This document shows, one piece after another, positions 11,947 through 29,900 of a stretch of DNA of 64,000 nt; position 1 is the stretch's first letter; each line of letters begins with the position of its first letter. The notes below the pieces were generated by a model. That model did no database searches. It was given only the letters and a program-made list of their open reading frames with translations, and had not been told where the DNA came from. The position numbers were made by a program, and so were the translations under genes. The stretch spans positions 339,326,001-339,390,000 of the forward strand of contig OZ024742.1 of the NCBI GenBank assembly GCA_964016885.1, written 5' to 3'. Source of the stretch: Eledone cirrhosa. Its lineage: Eukaryota.

Positions 11947-14900
11947 CACCACTACCATCACACTACTCCACCACTACCATCACACTACCCCACCTCTACC
12001 ATCACACTACCCCACCACTACCATCACACTACTCCACCACTACCATCACACTACTCCACCACTACCATCACACTACTCCACCACTACCATCACACTACCC
12101 CACCTCTACCATCACACTACCCCACCATACCATCACACTACTCCACCACTACCATACACTACTCCACCACTACCATCACACTACCCCACCACTACCATCA
12201 CACTACCCCACCTCTACCATCACACTACCCCACCACTACCATCACACTACTCCACCACTACCATCACACTACCCCACCACTACCATCACACTACTCCACC
12301 ACTACCATCACACTACCCCACCACTACCATCACACTACCCCACCACTACCATCACACTACCCCACCACTACCATCACACTACCCCACCACTACCATCACA
12401 CTACCCCACCACTACCATCACACTACCCCACCTCTACCATCACACTACCCCACCACTACCATCACACTACTCCACCACTACCATCACACTACCCCACCAC
12501 TACCATCACACTACCCCACTACTACCATCACACTACCCCACCACTACCATCACAATACCCCACCACTACCATCACACTACCCCACCACTACCATCACACT
12601 ACCCCACCACTACCATCACACTACCCCACCACTACCATCACACTACCCCACCACTACCATCACACTACCCCAACACTACCATCACACTACCCCACCACTA
12701 CCATCACACTACCCCACCACTACCATCACACTACCCCACCACTACCATCACACTACCCCACCACTACCATCACACTACTCCACCACTACCATCACACTAC
12801 CCCACCACTACCATCACACTACCCCACCACTACCATCACACTACTCCACCACTACCATCACACTACCATCACACTACCCCACCACTACCATCACACTACC
12901 CCACCACTACCATCACACTACCCCACCACTACCATCACACTACCCCACCACTACCATCACACTACCCCACCACTACCATCACACTACCCCACCACTACCA
13001 TCACACTACCCCACCACTACCATCACACTACTCCACCACTACCATCACACTACCCCACCACTACCATCACACTACCCCACCACTACCATCACACTACTCC
13101 ACCACTACCATCACACTACCATCACACTACCCCACCACTACCATCACACTACCCCACCACTACCATCACACTACCCCACCACTACCATCACACTACCCCA
13201 CCACTACCATCACACTACCCCACCACTACCATCACACTACCCCACCACTACCATCACACTACTCCACCACTACCATCACACTACCCCACCACTACCATCA
13301 CACTACCATCACACTACCCCACCACTACCATCACACTACCCACCACAACCATCACACTTCCCCACCACTACCATCACACTACCCCACCACTACCATCACA
13401 CTACCCCACCACTACCATCACACTACCCCACCACTACCATCACACTACCCCACCACTACCATCACACTACCACACCACTACCATCACACTACCCCACCAC
13501 TACCATCACACTACCCCACCACTACCATCACACTACCACACCACAACCATCACACTCCCACACCACTACCATCACACTACCCCACCACTACCATCACACT
13601 ACCACACCACAACCATCACACTACCCCACCACAACCATCACACTACTCCACCACTACCATCACACTACCCCACCACTACCATCAAACCTACCCCACCACT
13701 ACCATCACACTACCCCACCACTACCCCACATCTACCATCACACTACCCCACCACTACCATCACACTACTCCACCACTACCCTACCACTACCATCACACTA
13801 CCCCACCACTACCATCACACTACCCCACCACTACCATCACACTACTCCACCACTACCCCACCACTACCATCACACTACCCCACCTCTACCATCACACTAC
13901 CCCACCACTACCATCACACTACTCCACCACTAACCCACCACTACCATCACACTACCCCACCACTACCATCACACTACCCCACCACTACCATCACACTACC
14001 CCACCACTACCATCACACTACCATCACACTTCTCCACCACTACCATCACACTACCCCACCACTAGCATCACACTACTCCACCACTACCATCACACTACCC
14101 CACCACTAGCATCACACTACCCCACCACTACCATCACACTACCCCACCACTACCATAACACTACTCCACCACTACCATCACACTACTCCACCACTACCAT
14201 CACACTACCCCACCACTTCCATCACACTACCCCACCACTACCATCACACTACCCCACAACTACCATAACACTACTCCACCACTACCATCACACTACCCCA
14301 CCACTAGCATCACACTACCCCACCACTACCATCACACTACCCCACCACTAGCATCACACTACCCCACCACTACCATCACACTACCCCACCACTACCATCA
14401 CACTACCCCACTACTACCATCACACTACCCCACCACTACAATCACACTACATCACCACTACCATCACACTACCCCACCTCTACCATCACACTACCCCACC
14501 ACTACCATCACACTACCCCACCACTACCATCAGACTACCCCACCACTACCATCACACTACCCCACCACTACCAACACACTACCCCACCACTACCATCACA
14601 CTACCCACCACTACCATCACACTACTCCACCAATACCATCACACTTCTCCACCACTACCATCACACTACCCCACCACTACCATCACACTACCCCACCACT
14701 ACCATCACACTACTCCACTAATACCATCACACTTCTCCACCACTACCATCACACTACCCCACCACTACCATCACACTTCTCCACCACTACCATCACACTA
14801 CCCCACCACTACCAACACACTACCCCACCACTACCATCACACTACCCACCACTACCATCACACTACTCCACTAATACCATCACACTTCTCCACCCTACCA

Positions 14901-17900
14901 TCACACTACTCCACCACTAGCATCACACTACTCCACCACTACCATCACACTACCCCACCACTACCATCACACTACCCCACCACTACCATCACACTACTCC
15001 ACCACTACCATCACACTACTCCACCACTACCATCACACTACCCCACCACTACCATCACACTACCCCACCACTACCATCACACTACCCCACCACTACCATC
15101 ACACAGCCCCACCACTACCATCACACTACTCCACCACTATCATCACACTACCCCACCACTACCATCACACTACTCCACCACTACCATCACACTACCCCAC
15201 CACTACCATCACACTACCCCACCACTACCATCACACTACCCCACCACTACCATCACACTATCCCAACACTACCATCACACTACTCCACCACTACCATCAC
15301 ACTACCACACCACTACCATCACAATACCATCACACTACCCCACCACTACCATCACACTACCCCACCACTACCATCACACTACCCCACCACTACCATCACA
15401 CTATCCCAACACTACCATCACACTACTCCACCACTACCATCACACTACCCCACCACTACCATCACACTATCATCACACTACCCCACCACTACCATCACAC
15501 TACCATCACACTACTCCACCACTACCATCACACTACTCCACCACTACCATCACACTACCATCACACTACCCCACCACTACCATCACAATACTCCACCACT
15601 ACCATCACACTACCCCACCAGTACCATCACACTACCCCAACACTATTTCGCACTACCCCACCACTACCATCACACTACCCCACCTCTACCATCACACTAC
15701 CATCACACTACCCCACCACTACCATCACACTACCCACCACTACCATCACACTACCCCACCACTACCATCACACTACTCCACCACTACCATCACACTACCC
15801 CACCACTACCATCACACTACCCCACCACGACCATCACACTACCCCACCACTACCATCACACTACCCCATCACTATTTCGCACTACCACACCACTACCATC
15901 ACACTACTCCACCACTACCATCACACTACCCCACCATACCATCACACTACTCCACCACTACCATACACTACTCCACCACTACCATCACACTACCCCACCA
16001 CTACCATCACACTACCCCACCACTACCATCACACTACTCCATCACTAGCATCACACTACTCCACCACTACCATCACACTACCCCATCACTACCATCACAC
16101 TACTCCACCACTACCATCACACTACTCCACCACTAGCATCACACTACCCCACCACTACCATCACACTACCCCACCACTATTATCACACTACCCCACCACT
16201 AACATCACACTACCCCACCACTACCATCACACTACCACACCACTACCATCACACTACCATCACACTACCCCACCACTACCATCATACTACACCACCACTA
16301 CCATCACACTACCCCGCCACTACCATCACACTACCCCACCACTACCATCACACAATCATCACACTACCCCACCACTACCATCACACTACCCCACCACTAC
16401 CATCACTCTACCCCACCACGACCATCACACTACACCACCACTACCATCACACTACCCCAGCACTACCATCACACTACCCCAGCACAACCATCACACTACC
16501 CCACCACTACCATCACTCTACCCCACCACGACCATCACACTACACCACCACTACCATCACACTACCCCAGCACTACCATCACACTACCCCAGCACAACCA
16601 TCACACTACCCCACCACTACCATCACACTAGCACACCACTACCATCACACTACCATCACACTACCCCACCACTACCATCACACTACCCCACCACTACCAT
16701 CACACTACTCCACCACTACCATCACACTACCCCACCACTACCATCACACTTCTCCACCACTACCATAAAACTACCCCACCACTACCATCACACTACTCCA
16801 CCACTTCCATCACACTACCCCACCACTACCATCACACTACGCCACCACTACCATCACACTACCCCACCACTACCATCACACTACTCCATCACTAGCATCA
16901 CACTACTCCACCACTACCATCACACTACCCCACCACTACCTTCACATTACACCACCACTACCATCACACTACTCCACCACTACCATATCACTACCACACC
17001 ACTACCATCACAATACCCCACCACTAGCATCACACTACCCCACCACTACCATCACACTACCCCACCACTACAATCACAATACTCCACCACTAGCATCACA
17101 CTACTCCACCACTACCATCACACTACCCCACCACTACCATCACACTACCCCACCATTACCATCACACTAACCCACCACTACCATCACACTACCCCACCAC
17201 TACCATCACACTACCCCACCCCTACCATCACACTAACCCACCACTACCATCACACTACCCCACCACTACCATCACACTACCCCACCACTACCATAAAACT
17301 ACCCCACCACTACCATCACACTACTCCACCACTAACATCACACTACCCCACCACTATCATCACAATACCCCACCACTACCATATCACTACCACACCACTA
17401 CAATCACACTACTCCACCACTAGCATCACACTATTCCACCACTACCATCACACTACCCCACCACTACCATCACACTACCCCACCACTACCATCACGCTAC
17501 CCCACCACTACCATCACACTACTCCACCACTAGCATCACACTATTCCACCACTACCATCACACTACCCCACCACTACCATCACACTACTCCACCACTACC
17601 ATCACACTACCCCACCACTACCATCACACTACCCCACCACTAGCATCACACTACCCCATCACTACCATATCACTACCACACCACTACAATCACAATACTC
17701 CACCACTAGCATCACACTACTCCACCACTACCATCACACTACCCCACCACTACCTTCACACTACCCCACCACTACCATCACACTACCCCACCACTAACAT
17801 CACACTACCCCACCACTACCATCACACTACCCCACCACTACCATCACACTACCCCACCACTACCACCACACTACCCCACCACTACCATCACACTTCTCCA

Positions 17901-20900
17901 CCACTACCATCACACTACTCCACCAATATTTCGCACTACCCCACCACTACCATCACACTACCCCACCACTACCATCACACTACCCAACCACTACCATCAC
18001 ACTACTCCACCACTAGCATCACACTTCTCCACCACGACCATCACACTACCCCACCACTACCATCACACTAGCATCACACTACTCCACCACTATTTCGCAC
18101 TACCCCACCACTACCATCACTCTACCCCACCACTACCATCACACTACGCCACCACTACCATCACACTACCCCACCACTGCCATCACACTACCCCACCACT
18201 AACATCACACTACCCCACCACTACCATCACACTACCCCACCACTACCATCACACTACCCCACCACTACCATCACATTACCCCACCACTACCATCACACTA
18301 CCCCAGCACTACCATCACACTAACCCACCACTACCATCACACTACCCCACCACTACCATCACACTACCCCACCCCTACCATCACATTACCCCACCACTAC
18401 CATCACACTACCACACTACTACCATCACACTACCCCACCACTACCATCACACTACCCCACCACTACCATCACACTACCCCACCACTACCATCACACTACC
18501 CCACCCCTACCATCACATTACCCCACCACTACCATCACACTACCACACTACTACCATCACACTACTCCACCAATACCATCACACTACCCCACCACTAACA
18601 TCACACTACTCCACCACTACCATCACACTACCCCACCACTACCATCACACTACCCCACCACTACCATCACACTACCCCACCCCTACCATCACATTACCCC
18701 ACCACTACCATCACACTACCACACTACTACCATCACACTACTCCACCAATACCATCACACTACCCCACCACTACCATCACACTACCCCACCACTACCATC
18801 ACACTACCCCACCACTACCAACACACTACTCCACCACTACCCCACCACTACCATCACACTACTCCAACACTAGCATCACACTACTCCACCACTACCATCA
18901 CACTACCCCACCCTTACCATCACACTACCCCACCACTACCATCACACTACCCCACCACTACCATCACACTACCCCACCACTACCATCACACTACCCCACC
19001 ACTACCATCACACTACCCCACCCCTACCATCACATTACCCCACCACTACCATCACACTACCCCACCAATACCATCACACTACCCCACCACTACCATCACA
19101 CTACCCCACCACTCCCCACCACTACCATCACACTACCCCACCACTACCATCACACTATCATCACACTACCCCACCACTACCATCACACTACCCCACCACT
19201 ACCATCACACTATCATCACACTACCCCACAACTACCATCACACTGCCCCACCACTACCATCACACTACTCCACCACTACCATCACACTACCCCACCACTA
19301 ACATCACACTACCCCACCACTACCATCACACTATCATCACACTACCCCACCACTACCATCACACTACCCCACCACGACCATCACACTACACCACCACTAC
19401 CATCACACTACCCCAGCACTACCATCACACTACCCCACCACTACCATCACTCTACCCCACCACTACCATCACACTAGCACACCACTACCATCACACTACC
19501 ATCACACTACCACACAACTACCATCACACTACCCCACCACTACCATCACACTACTCCACCACTACCATCACACTACCCCACCACTACCATCACACTTCTC
19601 CACCACGACCATCACACTACCCCACCACTACCGTCACACTACCCCACCACTACCATCACACTTCTCCACCACGACCATCACACTACCCCACCACTACCGT
19701 CACACTACCCCACCACTACCATCACACTAGCACACCACTACCATCACACTACCATCACACTACCCCACAACTACCATCACACTTCTCCACCACGACCATC
19801 ACACTACACCACCACTACCATCACACTACCCCACCACTACATCACACTACCCCACCACTACCATCACACTACCCCACCACTACCATCACACTATCCCACC
19901 ACTACCATCACAGTACCCCACCACTACCATCACACTACCCCACCAGTACCATAACACTACCCCACCACTACCATCACACTACCCCACCACTACCATCACA
20001 CTATCATCACACTACCCCAACACTACCATCACACTACCCCACCACTACCATCACACTACTCCACCACAACCATCACACTACCCCACCACTACCATCACAC
20101 TACCCCACCACTACCATCACACTACCCCACCACTACCATGACACTACCCCACCACTACCATCACACTACTCCACCACTACCATCACACTACCCCACCACG
20201 ACCATCACACTACCCCACCACTACCATCACACTACCCCACCACTACCATCACACTACCCCACCACTACCATCACACTACTCCACCACTTCCATCACACTA
20301 CCCCACCACTACCATCACACTACCCCACCACTACCATCACACTACTCCACCACTACCATCACACTACCCCACCACTACCATCACACTACCCCACCACTAC
20401 CATCACACTACTCCACCACTTCCATCACACTACCCCACCACTACCATCACACTACCCCACCACTACCATCACACTACCCCACCACTACCATCACACTACT
20501 CCACCACTACCATCACACTACCCCACCACTACCATCACACTACCCCACCACTACCATCACACTACCCCACCACTACCATGACACTACCCCACCACTACCA
20601 TCACACTACTCCACCACTACCATCACACTACCCCACCACTACCATCACACTACCCCACCACTACCATCACACTACCCCACCACTACCATCACACTACCCC
20701 ACCACTACCATCACACTACTCCACCACTTCCATCACACTACCCCACCACTACCATCACACTACCCCACCACTACCATCACACTACTCCACCACTACCATC
20801 ACACTACCCCACCACTACCATCACACTACCCCACCACTACCATCACACTACTCCACCACTTCCATCACACTACCCCACCACTACCATCACACTACCCCAC

Positions 20901-23900
20901 CACTACCATCACACTACCCCACCACTACCATCACACTACTCCACCACTACCATCACACTACCCCACCACTACCATCACACTACCCCACCACTACCATCAC
21001 ACTACCCCACCACTACCATGACACTACCCCACCACTACCATCACACTACTCCACCACTACCATCACACTACCCCACCACTACCATCACACTACCCCACCA
21101 CTACCATCACACTACCCCACCACTACCATCACACTACCCCACCACTACCATCACACTACTCCACCACTACCATCACACTACCCCACCACTACCATCACAC
21201 TACACCACCACTACCATCACACTACCCCACCACTACCATCACACTACCCCACCACTACTATCACACTACCCCACCACTACAATCACACTACTCCACCACT
21301 ACCATCACACTACCCCACCACTACAATCACACTACTCCACCACTAGCATCACACTACTCCACCACTACCAACACACTACCCCACCACCACCATCACACTA
21401 CCCCACCATTACCATCACACTAACCCACCACTGCCATCACACTACCCCACCACTACCATCACACTACCCCACCCCTACCATCACATTACTCCACCACTAC
21501 CATCACACTACCCCACCACTACCATCACACTACCCCACCACTACCATCACACTACCCCACCACTACAATCACACTACTCCACCACTAGCATCACACTACT
21601 CCACCACTACCATCACACTACTCCACCACTACCATCACAATACTCCACCACTATTTCGCACTACCCTACCACTACCATCACACTACCCCACCACTATCAT
21701 CACACTACCATCACACTACTCCACCACTACCATCACACTACCCAACCACTACCATCACACTACTCCACCACTAGCATCACACTACTCCACCACTACCATC
21801 ACACTAGCCCACCACTACCATCACACTACCCCACCACTACCATCACACTTCTCCACCACGACCATCACACTACCCCACCACTACCATCACACTACCCCAC
21901 CACTACCATCACACTACCCCACCACTACCATCACACTACCCCACCACTACCATCACACTACTCCACCACTACCATATCACTACACCACCACTACCATCAC
22001 ACTACCCCACCACTAGCATCACACTACCCCACCACTACCATCACACTACCCCACCCTACCATCACACTACTCCACCACTAGCATCACACTACTCCACCAC
22101 TACCATCACACTACCCCACCACTACCATCACTCTACTCCACCTCTACAATCACACTACCCCACCACTACCATCACACTACCCCACCACTACCATCACACT
22201 ACCCCACCACTACCATCACACTACCCCACCACTACCATCACACTACTCCACCACTACCATCACACTAGCCCACCACTACCATCACACTACCCCACCACTA
22301 CCATCACACTACCCCACCACTACCATCACACTACCCCACCACTACCATCACACTACCCCACCACTACCATCACACTACCCCACCACTACCATCACACTAC
22401 CCCACCACTACCATCACACTACCCCACCACTACCATCACACTACCCCACCACTACCATCACACTACCCCACCACTACCATCACACTACCCCACCACTACC
22501 ATCACACTACCCCACCACTAGCATCACACTACCCCACCACTACCATCACACTGCCCCACCACTACCATCACACTACCCCACCACTACCATCACACTACTC
22601 CACCACTACCATCACACTACCACACCACTACCATCACACTACCATCACACTACCCCACCACTACCATCACACTACCCCACCACTACCATCACACTACTCC
22701 ACCACTACCATCACACTACCCCACCACTACCATCACACTACCCCACCACTACCATCACACTATCATCACACTACCCCACCACTACCATCACACTACCCCA
22801 CCACTACCATCACACTATCATCACACTACCCCACCACTACCATCACACTGCCCCACCACTACCATCACACTACCCCACCACTACCATCACACTACCCCAC
22901 CACTACCATCACACTATCATCACACTACCCCACCACTACCATCACACTGCCCCACCACTACCATCACACTACCCCACCACTACCATCACACTACTCCACC
23001 ACTACCATCACACTACCCCACCACTACCATCACACTACTCCACCACTACCATCACACTACCCCACCACTACCATCACACTACCCCACCACTACCATCACA
23101 CTATCATCACACTACCCCACCACTACCATCACACTACCCCACCACGACCATCACACTACACCACCACTACCATCACACTACCCCAGCACTACCATCACAC
23201 TACCCCACCACTACCATCACTCTACCCCACCACTACCATCACACTAGCACACCACTACCATCACACTACCATCACACTACCACACAACTACCATCACACT
23301 ACCCCACCACTACCATCACACTACTCCACCACTACCATCACACTACCCCACCACTACCATCACACTTCTCCACCACGACCATCACACTACCCCACCACTA
23401 CCGTCACACTACCCCACCACTACCATCACACTTCTCCACCACGACCATCACACTACCCCACCACTACCGTCACACTACCCCACCACTACCATCACACTAG
23501 CACACCACTACCATCACACTACCCCACAACTACCATCACACTTCTCCACCACGACCATCACACTACCCCACCACTACCATCACACTACCCCACCACTAAC
23601 ATCACACTACCCCACCACTACCATCACACTACCCCACCACTACCATCACACTACCCCACCACTACCATCACACTACCCCACCACTACCATCACACTACTC
23701 CACCACTACCATCACACTAGCCCACCACTACCATCACACTACCCCACCACTACCATCACACTACCCCACCACTACCATCACACTACCCCACCACTACCAT
23801 CACACTACACCACCACTACCATCACACTACCCCACCACTACCATCACACTACCATCACACTACCCCACCACGACCATCACACTACTCCACCACTACCATC

Positions 23901-26900
23901 ACACTACCCCAGCACTACCATCACACTACCCCACCACTACCATCACACTACCCCACCTCTACCATCACACTACCACACCACTACCATCAGACTACCATCA
24001 CACTACCCCACCACTACCATCACACTACCCCACCACTACCATCACACTACTCCACCACTACCATCACACTGCCCCACCACTACCATCACACTACCCCACC
24101 ACTACCATCACACTACTCCACCACTTCCATCACACTGCCCCACCACTGCCATCACACTACCCCACCACTACCATCACACTACTCCACCACTTCCATCACA
24201 CTACCCCACCACTACCATCACACTACCCCATCACTACCATCACACTACCCCACCACTACCATCACACTACCCCACCACTACCATCACACTACTCCACCAC
24301 TACCATCACACTGCCCCACCACTGCCATCACACTACCCCACCACTACCATCACACTACTCCACCACTTCCATCACACTACCCCACCACTACCATCACACT
24401 ACCCCATCACTACCATCACACTACCCCACCACTACCATCACACTACCCCACCACTACCATCACACTACTCCACCACTACAATCACACTACCCCACCACTA
24501 CCATCACACTACCCCACCCCTACCATCACACTACTCCACCACTTCCATCACACTACCCCACCACTACCATCACACTACCCCATCACTACCATCACACTAC
24601 TCCACCACTACCATCACACTACCCCACCACTACCATCACACTACCCCACCACTACCATCACACTACCCCACCACTACCATCACACTACCCCACCACTACC
24701 ATCACACTACCCCACCACTACCATCACACTACTCCACCACTACAATCACACTACCCCACCACTACCATCACACTACCCCACCCCTACCATCACACTACTC
24801 CACCACTTCCATCACACTACCCCACCACTACCATCACACTACCCCATCACTACCATCACACTACTCCACCACTACCATCACACTACCCCACCACTACCAT
24901 CACACTACCCCACCACTACCATGACACTACCCCCACCACTACCATCACACTACTCCACCACTACCATCACACTACCCTACCACTACCATCACACTACCCC
25001 ACCACTACCATCACACTACCCCACCACTACCATATCACTACCCCACCACTACCATCACACTACCCCACCACTACCATCACACTACCCCACCACTACCATC
25101 ACACTACTCCACCACTACCATCACACTACTCCACCACTACCATCACACTACCCCACCACTATTTCGCACTACCCCACCACTACCATCACACTACCCCACC
25201 ACTACCATCACACTACCCCACCACTACCATCACACTACCCCACCACTACCATCACACTACTCCACCACTACCATCACACTACCCCACCACTGCCATCACA
25301 CTACCCCACCACTACCATCACACTACCCCACATCTACCATATCACTACCCCACCACTACCATCACACTACCCCACGACTACCATCACACTACTCCACCAC
25401 TACCATCACACTACTCCACCACTACCATCACACTACCCCACCACTATTTCGCACTACCCCACCACTACCATCACACTACTCCACCACTACCATCACACTA
25501 CCCCACCACTGCCATCACACTACCCCACCACTACCATCACAGTACCCCACCACTACCATATCACTACCCCACCACTACCATCACACTACCCCACGACTAC
25601 CACCACACTACCCCACCACTACCATCACACTACTCCACCAATACCATCACACTACCCCACCACTAACATCACACTACTCCACCACTACCATCACACTACC
25701 CCACCACTACCATCACACTACCCCACCACTACCATCACATTACCCCACCACTACCATCACACTACCCCACCACTACCATCACATTACCCCACCACTACCA
25801 TCACACTACTCCACCACTAGCATCACACTTCTCCACCACGACCATCACACTACCCCACCACTACCATCACACTAGCATCACACTACTCCACCACTATTTC
25901 GCACTACCCCACCACTACCATCACACTACCCCACCACTACCATCACACTACGCCACCACTACCATCACACTACCCCACCACTGCCATCACACTACCCCAC
26001 CACTACCATCACACTACCCCACCACTACCATCACACTACCCCACCACTACCATCACACTACCCCACCACTACCATCACACTACTCCACCACTACCATCAC
26101 ACTACCACACCACAACCATCACACTACCCCACCACTACCATCACACTACCCCACCACTACCATCACACTAACCCACCACTACCATCACACTACCCCACCA
26201 CTACCATCACACTACCCCACCCCTACCATCACATTACCCCACCACTACCATCACACTACCACACTACTACCATCACACTACTCCACCAATACCATCACAC
26301 TACCCCACCACTAACATCACACTACTCCACCACTACCATCACACTACCCCACCACTACCATCACACTACCCCACCACTACCATCACATTACCCCACCACT
26401 ACCATCACACTACCCCACCACTACCATCACACTAACCCACCACTACCATCACACTACCCCACCACTACCATCACACTACCCCACCCCTACCATCACATTA
26501 CCCCACCACTACCATCACACTACCACACTACTACCATCACACTACCCCACCACTACCATCACACTACCCCACCACTACCATCACACTACCCCACCACTAC
26601 CATCACACTACCCCACCCCTACCATCACATTACCCCACCACTACCATCACACTACCACACTACTACCATCACACTACTCCACCAATACCATCACACTACC
26701 CCACCACTAACACCACACTACCCCACCACTACCATCACACTACCCCACCACTACCATCACACTACCCCACCACTACCAACACACTACTCCACCACTACCC
26801 CACCACTACCATCACACTACTCCAACACTAGCATCACACTACTCCACCACTACCATCACACTACCCCACCACTACCATCACACTACCCCACCACTACCAT

Positions 26901-29900
26901 CACACTACCCCACCCCTACCATCACATTACCCCACCACTACCATCACACTACCCCACCAATACCATCACTCTACCCCACCACTACCATCACACTACCCCA
27001 CCACTCCCCACCACTACCATCACACTACCCCACCACTACCATCACACTACTCCACCACTACCATCACACTAGCCCACCACTACCATCACATTACCCCACC
27101 TCTACCATCACACTACCCCACCACTACCATCACACTACTCCACCACTACCATCACACTACCACACCACTAACATCACACTACCCCACCAATACCATCACA
27201 CTTCTCCACCACTACCATCACACTATTCCACCACTACCATCACACTTCTCCACCACTACCATCACACTACCCCACCACTACCATCACACTACCCCACCCT
27301 ACCATCACACTACTCCACCACTAGCATCACACTACTCCACCACTACCATCACACTACCCCACCACTACCATCACTCTACTCCACCTCTACAATCACACTA
27401 CCCCACCACTACCATCACACTACCCCACCACTACCATCACACTACCCCACCACTACCATCACACTACCCCACCACTACCATCACACTACCCCACCACTGC
27501 CATCACAGTACCCCACCACTACCATCACACTACTCCACCACTACCATCACACTAGCCCACCACTACCATCACACTACCCCACCACTACCATCACACTACC
27601 CCACCACTACCATCACACTACCCCACCACTACCATCACACTACCCCACCACTACCATCACACTACCCCACCACTACCATCACACTACTCCACCACTACCA
27701 TCACACTACCCCACCACTACCATCACACTACCCCACCACTACCATCACACTGCCCCACCACTACCATCACACTACCCCACCACTACCATCACACTACCAT
27801 CACACTACCCCACCACTACCATCACACTACCCCACCACTACCATCACACTACTCCACCACTACCATCACACTACCCCACCACTACCATCACACTACCCCA
27901 CCACTACCATCACACTACCCCACCACTACCATCACACTATCATCACACTACCCCACCACTACCATCACACTACCCCACCACTACCATCACACTATCATCA
28001 CACTACCCCACAACTACCATCACACTGCCCCACCACTACCATCACACTACTCCACCACTACCATCACACTACCCCACCACTAACATCACACTACCCCACC
28101 ACTACCATCACACTATCATCACACTACCCCACCACTACCATCACACTACCCCACCACGACCATCACACTACACCACCACTACCATCACACTACCCCAGCA
28201 CTACCATCACACTACCCCACCACTACCATCACTCTACCCCACCACTACCATCACACTAGCACACCACTACCATCACACTACCATCACACTACCACACAAC
28301 TACCATCACACTACCCCACCACTACCATCACACTACTCCACCACTACCATCACACTACCCCACCACTACCATCACACTTCTCCACCACGACCATCACACT
28401 ACCCCACCACTACCGTCACACTACCCCACCACTACCATCACACTTCTCCACCACGACCATCACACTACCCCACCACTACCGTCACACTACCCCACCACTA
28501 CCATCACACTAGCACACCACTACCATCACACTACCATCACACTACCCCACAACTACCATCACACTTCTCCACCACGACCATCACACTACCCCACCACTAC
28601 CATCACACTACCCCACCACTACATCACACTACCCCACCACTACCATCACACTACCCCACCACTACCATCACACTATCCCACCACTACCATCACACTACCC
28701 CACCACTACCATCACACTACTCCACCACTACCATCACACTAGCCCACCACTACCATCACACTACCCCACCAGTACCATAACACTACCCCACCACTACCAT
28801 CACACTACCCCACCACTACCATCACACTATCATCACACTACCCCAACACTACCATCACACTACCCCACCACTACCATCACACTACTCCACCACAACCATC
28901 ACACTACCCCACCACTACCATCACACTACCCCACCACTACCATCACACTACCCCACCACTACCATGACACTACCCCACCACTACCATCACACTACTCCAC
29001 CACTACCATCACACTACCCCACCACGACCATCACACTACCCCACCACTACCATGACACTACCCCACCACTACCATCACACTACTCCACCACTACCATGAC
29101 ACTACCCCACCACTACCATCACACTACCCCACCACTACCATGACACTACCCCACCACTACCATCACACTACTCCACCACTACCATGACACTACCCCACCA
29201 CTACCATCACACTACTCCACCACTACCATCACACTACCCCACCACGACCATCACACTACCCCACCACTACCATCACACTACCCCACCACTACCATCACAC
29301 TACTCCACCACTACCATCACACTAGCCCACCACTACCATCACACTACCCCACCACTACCATCACACTACCCCACCACTACCATCACACTACCCCACCACT
29401 ACCATCACACTACTCCACCACTTCCATCACACTACCCCACCACTACCATCACACTACCCCACCACTACCATCACACTACTCCACCACTACCATCACACTA
29501 CCCCACCACTACCATCACACTACCCCACCACTACCATCACACTACTCCACCACTTCCATCACACTACCCCACCACTACCATCACACTACCCCACCACTAC
29601 CATCACACTACCCCACCACTACCATCACACTACTCCACCACTACCATCACACTACCCCACCACTACCATCACACTACCCCACCACTACCATCACACTACC
29701 CCACCACTACCATGACACTACCCCACCACTACCATCACACTACTCCACCACTACCATCACACTACCCCACCACTACCATCACACTACCCCACCACTACTA
29801 TCACACTACCCCACCACTACCATCACACTACCCCACCACTACCATCACACTACTCCACCACTTCCATCACACTACCCCACCACTACCATCACACTACCCC

